Assembly: GCA_950097015.1 (NCBI GenBank)
Contig: CATNEN010000011.1
Location: forward strand, 4,836,001 to 4,900,000
Source: Macrostomum hystrix
Lineage: Eukaryota; Animalia; Platyhelminthes
Reading direction: 5' to 3'
Length of the DNA: 64,000 nucleotides
Shown in pieces: positions 24,759 to 35,779 of this stretch (positions are counted from its first letter, which is position 1; each line of letters starts with the position of its first letter). The notes beneath the pieces are model-generated. The model had not been told where the DNA came from, made no database searches, and saw only the letters and a list, made by a program, of their open reading frames with translations. Both the position numbers and the translations under genes were made by a program.

Positions 24759-25640
24759 GATTGCTAAGCAGAGAAGTGAGGCACTTCTAGAAGTAGACTA
24801 CCCAATTATGGGCACTGGCTTTAGTTAAGGATTCAAATGGACTTCAGAGCGAGTCACGAGCTGGTAGAAGGGTCGGAGCTAAATCCTTTTTCTAAATCCT
24901 TTTGCTAAATTCTCCTTGGCGAATCTTCGCCTTGAGGCGGGGAGTCACCTTTACTACGGTGGGAGCGAGTAGTGCAGAGCGGGGACGCAGTCCCGATTTC
25001 TAGTACAGCAAGAAAACACTACGATAGTTCGTTGCTAGGGAGATCTCCTCCATTGACATTGGGCAGATGGAATTGTTCTCTCTCTGTTTCACGTTTCTAT
25101 TCCCTTTCGCACTTTAGTTGTTGTTTCACATCGATCGGCCTCCATCGGGCATCTTCAGGCGGGGTCTAAAAATGGGCAAGAAAAGTATTTGCAATTGCAT
25201 AAATTCAAGCTAACTCGCAGAAAGTAAGCGATAATATTTGCTTTGATTTTCCATATAAAAGTCTAGATGATAAGTTTTCACTGATAGCTAACTAAATATA
25301 AAAGCTTCGCCCAGAAATGTGTCGTCTGAAACATTAAAAACACTTTCTTAAAGTCGAGCAAATTTCCTGGAAACGTTTCGAGACGAGAGACGAGACGAGA
25401 ATGTGTCGCCGTCTGAATGCGCGACATTAAGTACAGCAGTAAAATTAGCTGTACTTTATTCTAGTGAAAACTGCTTTGCTCTTCTGTACTGCACACTGTA
25501 CACTGAAAGCCACTGTACTAGCTGTCTATCTAATCTAAGTTTGCATTTGAAGTCTGGGGGTACAAGTCTAGCCTGTCTGGTAAAATATTTATTCTCATCC
25601 AAACAAGCGAAATTAAGAAGTCTGCAAAACAATTGAAAAC

Positions 25641-28600
25641 ATGTCGGCTCTTGAAAAACTTGAAGAGCTGGAATGCCACTTCACCTGGCTCCCAGAGGAT
25701 GATAGCACGAACACAAGCATTGATGACGTCATAAGAAAGACTGAAAAAAAGATTGACCGCCAGCCTCACAAGGAATCGGCTCATCTGACCACTCTAGCCT
25801 ACCTGTATACTCGCACAACGGTTAAGAAGTTCGGTTTGGCTCACAAATGTCTGGACGACGCATTGAAGATCGATAAGCAAATCCGGGACGATAAACAGGA
25901 AGATGTGCAAGTGTCTAGCGAGTTTGTCATCCGAGCCAACATGCTGCACCTCAAGCAGTTGGAAAAAGGACAAAACAGAAAGTTGAAGCCTGCAGAAATC
26001 GCTCCGGAAATGAAAGGACTCAACAGCATATGGAGCGACTTCAACAGCCGAGCCCGGGTGTTCGGAGTCAAAGGTGTCACGTTCGACTGCTTCGGCCCCA
26101 TGAAGTATCCGGTCGGAGTTCTTGCCTTCGCTGAGGCGTCAAGGCTTCAAGCGCACAATTTCAACTGGTTGTACGGTGAGGCGTTCCTCAGAGCTCGATG
26201 CGACAGACAGGTGGTAAAGAAGTACGCCGACAGTGCTCAGCTTGAGCTGTGGAGAAGGGCCAGAGAAATTGGTGAGAAAACAGAACAAGCAACTCAAAAT
26301 GCAACCTTCTACACCAATTATGCTGAAGCCATTTTGTATAACAATGGAAATGCTCAATTGTGCTGCAGACTGACGGATATTGCAGTCAAGATTCTTAGCA
26401 GAAAGTCACAGGAAGAGAAAGAGAACTCCCATGTGGACTTCAAGATTTGTCTAAAGATTTATCGGTACCTCACGAAGCGAGGGAACTTAGACTGTGAAAG
26501 CCGCCGACGAACATTGTTTAAAGAAGCAGAAAAAGTGGCAATGCTGCGCGAAGACCCAGACTTTTGGTTAGCGGAAGCTAATGAGGCTAATGAAACGGGA
26601 GATCGAGATAAAGCAATTGAACTGCTTGAGAAAGGCAAGGGATTAGCAGGTGAGCCGGGCCACATATGGCTGAATCTTAGACTTTTGGAGCTACAAATGC
26701 ACGCTTTGACAAAGCAACAAGTCCTTAATGAGTTTGTCTCCATGAGAGAAACTTTTGGAGTCTATACAAAGAACGTTTCAGCCATTGAGTTCCACAAGGC
26801 ACTGTACTTAATTAAACAAGGCGATACAACTGAGGCCTTAGAGTCATGCGTTGCTGCTTTAGAGGCTGATCCCAAAGTGAGCCAGGTCTGGTATAACAAA
26901 AGGAAGGAATTCTTCCAATGTCTGATTAAAAAGACTGCCGGCTTCGAGGAATATGTGGCCTGGTTTGCTGACAACCTCGGTGACTTCAAAGTTTCGTTGA
27001 ACATTGAGGCTCTCTTTCTAGACTCGCTGAATAGAGATGCTAAAAATGAGTTCGCGCTTGAGCATCTAGGCCGTCATTACATGAAACAGCGCCGATTAGA
27101 CGATGCTTCCGAATACTTCAGGAAGCTGCCTGACCACGTTGAGTGCAAATACAAGCTACTCGCTGATTCGCTGCTTCAAGACCCGAATGCTAGCTTCCAG
27201 AAGCTGCGGGAGTGTCTACAGTGTGGTTGCATGGATGCTGGACCGATGCTTCTAGACATTCTTGAGCAAAGAAAGGCAAGTCAAAACACTGCTAAGATAG
27301 TCATCAACGATGTCGTGAGTCGAAGTGCAGTGGCTCAGGATCCGTTGTTCTTCAGCACTCAGTTGTATGAGCTGTGCGCTGAAGTGGTGGCCACGCTACA
27401 GGATTCGAACAGCTTTTCGCTTTATAAGACAGAATCGACTAGTGATCTTTTGGAGTTGGTAAAGCAGAGGATTGCCAAGTTTTTAGAGCTGGACCAGCTC
27501 ATGAGCACAGTGGCATCGACTCGGCCCAACGATGGCACAGCTGACCGGGGAAACCTGATGAGGTCGAGCAGACTACGCTTAACTGAGCAGCGTCTTGAGA
27601 AAGGAAGCAAAACTCAACAACAAATGCAGGAGCTCAACAATCTCATCGTATCAGTGCTGAAGGAGTCGAAGGAGGTTCTAGACCGCTCTTTAGCTGTCTT
27701 ACTTTCTCGTTGCAAAAATGAAGTCAAGGAAACAAAAATTTCGACACGAGCTCGTAAAGAGAAAGATAAAAAAGGCAAAAATACCGATCACTATTATCCT
27801 CATGCGTTCAACAAAATCAAGAAGCAGCTTGGTAGTGACTACCAAAAAGAACTCAACAAGCTGGCTTCGGATGGTCAGGATACAAAAGCTTTCGAGCGGA
27901 ACTCATTGATAGCCTTTCTTAAAGAAGCAAAGGATTTTCAAACCGAACCGGGAACCACGGTGTCAACAAATACGCTTGAGAATGTTCGAAAATGTCTTTT
28001 AGATGCTGTCTCCGAAATCGACCCAAACTTTCATCAGCAGAAGAGCACCAAAGATATATTTGAGTTCATGGCGAGCCGTGAGCACAGGATCCTGTCTAAG
28101 GAGGACTGCTGGATAGTACGCTGGATCTACCTGGTGAACAGTGAGAAGCACTCAGCCGAGATTCTAGTGGCTGAGCTGGATGAGCAGCTGCGCTCTGATT
28201 GGTCGAGAGGCGGCGAGTGCGATAGAACTGCGTATGACGTGGCGCATCTGGCAGCGGAGTTTGCTGAAGAGACCTGGGCCGTCTTCTCGTGTGAAATCGG
28301 AGCTGCTGTATGCACCGGCGTGCATTCAACGACGGTAGTTGCTAGTGTCGGAGATTCCAGAAATTCCGAAAATGTAACAATTACCGCCACCGTTAATGGA
28401 AGAGATGCTACTGGTGCCAGAGATGCCACCGGCATTGAACACGCTACTTGTGTTGGAGCAACAGCCAGCAGCGTTGCGCAAGTTTCATTGAGCACTAGTC
28501 TTGACTTCAATGCCGGCGAAAGAGACGACTCGACGACTCGAATCGACTTCCAAAGCAGAGGCGGCAGTGCCTTTGGCGATGGTCAACGCTTACGAGGCAG

Positions 28601-29027
28601 AGGGAGAGGCTTCAATCAGCACTTCCAAGGCAGAGGCGGCAGTGCCACCGGCGATGACGAGCGCTCACGAGGCAGAGGGAGAGGCTTCAATGGACGCTTC
28701 CAAGGCAGAGGCGGCAGTGCCACCGGCGATGACGAGCGCTCACGAGGCAGGGGGAGAGGCTTCAATGAAGGCTTCCAAGGCAGAGGCGGCAGTGCATTTG
28801 GCGATGACGAGCGCTCACGAGGCAGAAGCGGCAGAGGGAGAGGCTTCAATCAATACCCCCAAGGCAGAGGCGACAGTGCCTTTGGCGATGACGAGCGCTC
28901 ACGAGGCAGAGGCGGTAGGGGGAGAGGCGTCAATGCGCGCTGCCATACCGATGGAAGGAGTGCTAAAGCTACCGAAACCGGTGCCGAGGTACGAGGCCAA
29001 TGGGAATTTGCGAATCGAGAGGACTGA
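25641..29027 (+). CDS. IFIT-like TPR protein B, 1128 aa, intronless, with HEPN-like candidate domain and RG/RGG repeat tail
   Basis: LEELECHFTW, HLTTLAYL, KGVTFDCFGPMKY, FNWLYGEAFLRARCD; collinear with gene A; five 25-28 aa RG-rich repeats at 28548-28940. Confidence 0.85.
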   Translation: MSALEKLEELECHFTWLPEDDSTNTSIDDVIRKTEKKIDRQPHKESAHLTTLAYLYTRTTVKKFGLAHKCLDDALKIDKQIRDDKQEDVQVSSEFVIRANMLHLKQLEKGQNRKLKPAEIAPEMKGLNSIWSDFNSRARVFGVKGVTFDCFGPMKYPVGVLAFAEASRLQAHNFNWLYGEAFLRARCDRQVVKKYADSAQLELWRRAREIGEKTEQATQNATFYTNYAEAILYNNGNAQLCCRLTDIAVKILSRKSQEEKENSHVDFKICLKIYRYLTKRGNLDCESRRRTLFKEAEKVAMLREDPDFWLAEANEANETGDRDKAIELLEKGKGLAGEPGHIWLNLRLLELQMHALTKQQVLNEFVSMRETFGVYTKNVSAIEFHKALYLIKQGDTTEALESCVAALEADPKVSQVWYNKRKEFFQCLIKKTAGFEEYVAWFADNLGDFKVSLNIEALFLDSLNRDAKNEFALEHLGRHYMKQRRLDDASEYFRKLPDHVECKYKLLADSLLQDPNASFQKLRECLQCGCMDAGPMLLDILEQRKASQNTAKIVINDVVSRSAVAQDPLFFSTQLYELCAEVVATLQDSNSFSLYKTESTSDLLELVKQRIAKFLELDQLMSTVASTRPNDGTADRGNLMRSSRLRLTEQRLEKGSKTQQQMQELNNLIVSVLKESKEVLDRSLAVLLSRCKNEVKETKISTRARKEKDKKGKNTDHYYPHAFNKIKKQLGSDYQKELNKLASDGQDTKAFERNSLIAFLKEAKDFQTEPGTTVSTNTLENVRKCLLDAVSEIDPNFHQQKSTKDIFEFMASREHRILSKEDCWIVRWIYLVNSEKHSAEILVAELDEQLRSDWSRGGECDRTAYDVAHLAAEFAEETWAVFSCEIGAAVCTGVHSTTVVASVGDSRNSENVTITATVNGRDATGARDATGIEHATCVGATASSVAQVSLSTSLDFNAGERDDSTTRIDFQSRGGSAFGDGQRLRGRGRGFNQHFQGRGGSATGDDERSRGRGRGFNGRFQGRGGSATGDDERSRGRGRGFNEGFQGRGGSAFGDDERSRGRSGRGRGFNQYPQGRGDSAFGDDERSRGRGGRGRGVNARCHTDGRSAKATETGAEVRGQWEFANRED

Positions 29028-29929
29028 AGCTATTCGTAATTTTTTAAGTACCGAGTGTGAATTGTTTTTTTGACTTTGGCTGTGATTGCTCCGAATAGAG
29101 TAGCGACGTAGTCTTTTGTTTGCGTCAATCCGTAACTGGTATTTATTTAGTATCTCTAATTATTATAAGCAATGAAGCTTATAGTTTATTTTTGTTTCCT
29201 GAAGTTCTTTAGCTATTTATCTATTATGTCGTCTTTCGGGATTTATCATTAATACGATTGGCACAGAGTTATAGCATCGATCCTTCGCACTTGGTTGACT
29301 TATCTAGGTAGGATTAAGACTTGGTAGGATTATCTTCGATAATTTTAAACACACATTCCATGCCGACTAAAGCATTAGTACGTTCCTATAGTATTACTTA
29401 AACTGACAAACAGTTCGACTCGTATTGGTGATAAATCCTTTTCGATAAGCCGATAAAAAAATTCGGCAACGCTGCAAAGCTGATCAAGTTCACAATTAGT
29501 TTTACATATATATAATTTCCATCACAAAAAATTCCACGTCCAGTTTTTGTGATTTGTTGTCGATTCGAAAACAATGCTAAAATTGTATTTTATGATGAGC
29601 ACGCGTGTATTAAACAAAAAATTCTCTATAAATTTTGACTGAATATGTTTTGCTTATTTAGACACTATTTTAGAAATTTGATTATTTCTCTATAATTTGG
29701 AGATGATATATTTATAGAGTTACTGTATGATGTTGGTAACTTTTTATTTTCCCATTTTTAGCTTTGCTTGTCCCTGAAATATTGTACTAAGCATGCTGTA
29801 CTGTATATGCACAGTATTTACTGTAGCCTAAAATCAAATCAAATTATATTCTTTCTTTTTTATCTTGATAAACTCTTGACAATTAAAAAGAACTTAAAAA
29901 ACTTTGCAAACTTGAAAGTTGATGACAGT

Positions 29930-31022
29930 CGACTACCAAGCCGTTTTGCCACCCGTTTTTGTGCTCGCGCGATTGCCAGAAGGTCGGCGGGTAGTTAAAA
30001 AATGGGTTGTCAGCGTATTAAATTACATGGACGGCGTATGTATCCGTGACATCGCGGGACAGAGTGTCGGCAACGACGTTTGTGGTGCCCGGGATATGTA
30101 CCATCTCCGTGACGTATTCCGTAATGGTGGATAATTCGCGTTGCTGTCGATCCGAAAGACGTTCTTTGGTGCTATAAATTGCTCTTTATATTGCTCTTTA
30201 TTCCTATCAGTGGTTTGTGGTCGCAAAACACAGTTGTCGGATGACCATGAATGAGATGGCGCCAAGTTTTTACTGCAGCGAACACAGCCAGAAGCTCACG
30301 GTCGAATGCGCTGTATGAGCATTCGGTTGTTGTTAGCTTACGTGAGAAAAACGCTATCGGTGAGGAGTTACCTTCAACTACCTGATGAAGACTGGCACCA
30401 ATCGCAAAAGAACTGGCGTCGGACGTTATGGTGAAAGTAGCTGTAGGATCAGGAAAGGCGAGGGTAACAGCGGAGGATAAACTATCCTTAAGTTGTTGGA
30501 AAGCGGCATCATGGTGAGCAGTCCATTCGTAGTAGTCATCACTCAATGCTCGAAGAGGTTGAATAATGTGGGCGCCCGGCGTAGTTCGGAATATGACGTT
30601 GGTAAAAACCAAACATACCCAGTACTCTCTGTAGACTCTTGAAATCGCGCGGAGATGAGAGTTGGCGAAGTGCGTCTAGACGAGATGGAATTGGTTGAAT
30701 GCCTTGGGCAGAGACTAGGTGACCCAGGAATTCAATTTCCTTTTGAAAGAATTGACATTTTTCAGGATTTACTCGCAAGCCTTCTCGGTGCAGTCTCTGT
30801 AAACCGGATTCAACATCCCTGTGGTGCTCCTCCTCCGATTTGCTGTGGATCAGGACGTCGTCGACATACATGATGGCACAATCCAGATCACGGAAAAGGG
30901 AGTCGGTGAACCGTTGAAACGTCCTCCTCAGCCATAGGAATGAAGTGGTATGCCCTGACAAGATCCAGTTTGCTGAAAACATTGCTGCCTCGTAACTGGT
31001 GATGAAAATGTCGAAGATGGAT
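29930..31022 (-). mobile_element. Decayed Ty3/Gypsy pol fragment (RT, RNase H, start of integrase region)
   Basis: FSKLDLVRAYHFIPMAEED; deletion; FQRF...YVDDVLI...KCQFFQKEIEFLGH; RNase H DASSFAIGA...FFSRKL...YSAFDRELLA...DHKPL; HIPGTTNVVADTLSR. Several frameshifts. Confidence 0.9.
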
Positions 31023-32215
31023 TTTGTATTCTGTATTACATTTTGCTGTTGTTTGCCTCCAACTTTAGTTTTCATGGAATACAATTTTGGTCGCAATCGA
31101 ACCCACTCAAAGTGGAGGCAGCTGGCATATTCATCTTTAATACAGACTTTAATAGCGGTTAATGTAGCTGCAACAAACAGCTTAATTACCAGTGCTTCAT
31201 GAAATTGGTCCATGACGTCCTCCGTCCGTCTTGGTCACCTTTGTTAATTTCGAGGACCTTAACTTGGTTCACCCTTCGGTATCGTCGCAGACTCCACTTC
31301 GACACCCGCTAACAGGCTTCAGCTCGTGACAGCCACTGAGCACAGACAGCACAGCGCCTGACATCCGCCGCACCTTCCCGGTCGACTCACTTTTTCTCCA
31401 AATTATTTTTTTAATTTGTCAATTGTGGCATATTATAATAGAACGTTGAATCGCGGCAACCTCACTCCGCCAATACACAGTGGCATTTATACGCGTAATG
31501 TGCTAATGACCTCCTTTCCGCCCTCCTTTCAAACGACCGCCAATTCTCCACTGGACCAAGGTGAGGGATATGGTAGCTAATTAGTAATACTGACACTTAT
31601 TTATGCTTTTTTGAGATATTAAAACTAAAATTTTCTGAATTCAAATAGCTCATAGCATAAGTCGGAAAATTTACGCTTTTCTCAGGTAAGTTGCGACACT
31701 GAGTTGCAAGTATTCTAAGATGAGGAGAGAGAAGACAAAAAGGGGTATAGAAAAGAATAATATTGTTTACTAAGTCGTTGAACGAGAATATTCTAGCTTT
31801 GACCACTAACTTTCTGATGCCAGTAGTTATGTGGAACTTGCTTTTAATCTGTCATTTGCGTTCAACGGGTGTATGAACTTCACGCAGTGTGCGGATTAAA
31901 AGCAGAAAGGAAAAGAAACTAACTTGCACATTACGTGTTACAGCTGATGATCTGCCAAGATCAGCAGTGTAAAATACGCAACTTCTTTTTCTCAAAATGG
32001 TCCAACTCTATTTAGATTGATCTGTTTACATTGCTGCTGAAAGCTTTTAAAATGTGATAATGGCTTGGTTGCGAATAGAAAGCGCATGCACATAGACATG
32101 CACAGAGGAGTCTTGGCTTAGACATTGCTAAGAAAGTTTTTCAAGTGACTCGCCTCGTTGCTTAATTTCTGGTTTCGCAGCATACGAACGTGTTTCCTAT
32201 ATCGAAGCGTTGATA

Positions 32216-35200
32216 ATGTTATGTAATCAGTGGATTGCCTGCTTCACCATCATCTCTGCTGTCTGTAAGAGTTCAGTAAAATTTTGTGCTCTCAAGATTA
32301 TACGTTTTGAAGAGATTCAACATTAAAATTACGCTCATAATTTGCAGCTGCGTGTCGTATCTTAAACAATTTCACCTTAACTAGTGGAATTATTGAGTAT
32401 CCTCGAGGGTCGAAAGGAAGCTATGAACCAAACTTGGATCTGTGCTGGACTATCAAAGTCAGGGGCGCGATTGCCGTTAAATTTACCAAATTTGACGTTG
32501 AGAAGATGCACGATCATGTTGGGCTCTTCGACGGCGCCTTAACTGACACGGGCGTCAGAGAGAGATTCCGCTTGATCAGTGCTGAGCAGGGCCAATCTGA
32601 GTACTGGTTGACAGGCCAGACAGTCACTGTTCGATTCCGTACTGACGCCAATGTTGAGATGTCTGGCTTCCGACTCAATTACAGAGGTATTCCGAAATTC
32701 AGCTTGCCAGTCGCCGGTAAGAGTCACTCGGAAAGTTTCCCTTTAAGATTACTTGCTATATCCATCTTAATGTAGAGACAAAACTTTCCCGCCTAAGTCC
32801 AAGCGAGGTCAGCCCTAGGGAAACAATTTGAGTCCTTGTGCAAGACAATATTGTGCAAGCACTACAGTTAAGCCAGCTGTAAAATAGGCACCAGCACCCG
32901 ATTCTTCAGTGAGTCGTTGGTTGTCACCACCCGATTCTTCAGTGAGTCGTTGGTTGTCACCACCCGATTCTTCAGTGAGTCGTTGGTTGTCACCACCCGA
33001 TTCTTCAGTGAGTCGTTGGTTGTCACCACCCGATTCTTCAGTGAGTCGTTGGTTGTCACCACCCGATTCTTCAGTGAGTCGTTGGTTGTCACCACCCGAT
33101 TCTTCAGTGAGTCGTTGGTTGTCACCACCCGATTCTTCAGTGAGTCGTTGGTTGTCACCATCTGATTCTTCAGTGAGTCGTTGGTTGTCACCATCTGATT
33201 CTTCAGTGAGACTGTGGTTTGCCCCACCCGATTCTTCATTGCCCCAGAACTGACGTTTTCCAAAAAAACTAAAATTAGCTGTATTCATACATTTCAAGGT
33301 GCATCTGCTGCACTGGAGATTATATCACGAGCGAGAAGCGGTATTATAGAAAGTCACATTGAATTCAGCAAAGGCCAGAACTATTCAAACAACACCCTTC
33401 AAGCCTGGACGATTCACGCTGCTTCAAGCGAAATCGTGAAAATCAACTTCGCAAAATTTAACACGGAATCAGGTTATGACTTTCTAAGAGTATTCTCTGG
33501 CGCTCTGCCCAATGTTCGAAACGCATCACTGTTAAACCAGGTGACAAAATTCTCTGGTACACTGAGAAATAGAACTAGCTACAGTTTTTTCGGCAGCGTG
33601 ACTTTTGTCTTTAAATCAGACTCGTCAAACAATGATAGAGGATTTCAGTTCGAGTTTAGTGTCACGAAAACAGGTACGAACATTGTTCTGCCTTTACTGG
33701 AGTTTTTTGGGTTTATTTTCCCGAGCGTCGTTTTTTTGCCCAGCGGCTAGAACTTTCGACTCCTGACTGGAATTTCTGAGCCCGGTCGAAGGGAGACATC
33801 CTTGAGCAAGACACTAGGTCGTATGAATAACTGAAACTGAGTATTCGTAATCGTACGAAAAGTGAGCGGTTGCTCAAATTCCGAGATATTTCCCAGCTCT
33901 AAGCACTTGCTCCAACTCAAAGTATCAACATTAGCAGGGGGTAGAATAAACTTTGATGCGTTGGTTTTCATCCGCTGTCCATGGACTGAACATCTGTGCA
34001 ACTAGGTTATTATGAATATCGTGAGGAAAGATTCTCATGTACCAAATTCGATCGATTTTAAACACCAAGCTCACATTTCCCCAAACTCGCCCTCCAACAT
34101 ACGAAGAGTACCATGTTCGAGCGGACTACCAACAGTGGACTGGAGGCTACAGTTCCGGAACTGGTTGCGGCAGGGAGCCGAACCAGTTCAGTCTGGTAGC
34201 TAACCCGCCAGATAGCGCTCTGGAGGCATTCTGTCGAGTTGACAATCGATGCAGTAATTATTCCACGGCGCAGATACAGGTGAATAGCACACAATTATCA
34301 ATGATAACTTCAGATATGCTCAGCAGATTTCGTTAGTGCAATTTTACGGCATCAAAGCATGCGTTCTAAATTGTAGGAGAAAAAATCTATTACGTCCAAA
34401 AATGAGACCCGACTTCAGTTCCGCATTGAAGCGCGGAAAAGTGTCAAAAATCAGTTTTACTGCATCGGAGACATTGTTTGTAGAGTGACGTGGATTACTG
34501 AAGCTTATCTAAGTATTGAGCAGCGGTTGATTCTGCCAAATCGTAAGATATTAAAATTGAACCTCCAGTGGAGCCGGAGGTTGCTTAGTAAAAATGTATA
34601 CTTTCTGTCATTCCAGTCGATCCATCGTCAATTGAAATCCAGTTTGTGCAGCCCGACACCTGGTTAAAGGCTGGTGTGATCCTATTTGACGCCGTGTCAA
34701 ATTCTGTCTGTCCCAAAGTGCGGCACAGGTGCCAGCTTAATTTCGTCAATTACAGTTTCGAAGCTAAGCCTATTACATTGGTAAAGTGCTTCCTCATTTT
34801 TGGAAAGATGGTTCCTTTTTGGTACTAGCAAGGCTACTGTAGCAGACATTTTTTCCGAATCCGCCATTCCAAACATGTGTTGTAGTTTTTTAGTCAACTA
34901 AAATCCTTGAGCTCGATTACGCGGCAAGTCAGGGCCGATGTACTCCCCTGTGTGAGTGCGTAGCTGAATGACGTATCTCTGTGCTGAGTATGTGTACTCA
35001 GGAGTCAGCGTAGGGAAGCATATTTGCAAGAGTTTTTTGTGAGGCTACGCTGAAATCTATAGTTTTTCATTTTCAGACAATTTCACCGGTCAAACCACCG
35101 TCGTGTCTGAGCAGCTGGGTGCGAACCCGGTTCGCTATTTCTGTTCCTCAAGATATCAACATCGCTAATGTTAGCTCGACTGTAGTATGTCATCTACTAG

Positions 35201-35779
35201 ATGGTAAAACTGTCGAGCGACTTGTTCCGAGAAATTCGGACGCACCAACGCCAGGTGAGGCGTCATTGTTTAATGACTTTGATCATCCTTTATAAGCTTC
35301 TATGTATTATTCATTCTAGTATAGTGGCAATCCTAAATAGGAGCTGAGTCAACAGAGAATAAAAAAGGTCTGAAAGTCCATTATAGCGACGCAGATAACC
35401 GGAGAACAGCTGCCCTGAAGCTTAATGTGCACCCATTGATGACGTGCGCTTCATAATACTCAGATTAGTACTGTAAATTTTAGTTTCGGAAGAGCTCCGC
35501 AGAACAGGATCCTGGGAGCGATCTGCGCTTGTAACCACATGGCTTCTTGTCGCTCTGATCTGCATTCTACTGACCGGCTTCTGTCTTCTAAAGGCGAAAC
35601 AAAACAGACAGAGTTCGGGTTTTAACATGCCTGGTCGCGGTGGTCTGATGTTTGGGAAGACAAGACGCGAGTCGGGTACCGCTGGAAGAGGCAACTCTTA
35701 CGTCACAGCCGCACCGCCTGTTGATGTGAGTTCTGGTGGAATGGCAACGTTATTCCGTAGCGCACTTGTTAAGCGGTAG
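32216..35779 (+). CDS. Type I membrane protein with two CUB domains (exons 32216-32264, 32348-32686, 33299-33673, ~34006/34026-34279, 34652-34780, 35077-35254, 35484-35779)
   Basis: Signal exon MLCNQWIACFTIISAV; two phase 1-1 CUB exons (SGIIEYP..YEPNLDLCWTI..FDVEKMHD..RFRTD..SGF; YSNN..WTI..FNTESGYDFLRV..FKSDSSNNDRGF); TM WLLVALICILLTGFCLL. The start of the fourth exon is ambiguous. Confidence 0.75.
32897..33240. repeat. 33-bp minisatellite (cccgattcttcagtgagtcgttggttgtcacca), about 10 copies, between the CUB exons
   Basis: Tandem units read directly. Confidence 0.95.

Noticed and set aside
30539-31213. A single functional 224-aa RT protein
   Set aside because: Chimeric reading across a deletion; the RT motifs lie in different frames.
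32815-33297. Four overlapping 11-aa-repeat ORFs
   Set aside because: 33-bp minisatellite inside the intron between the two CUB exons.
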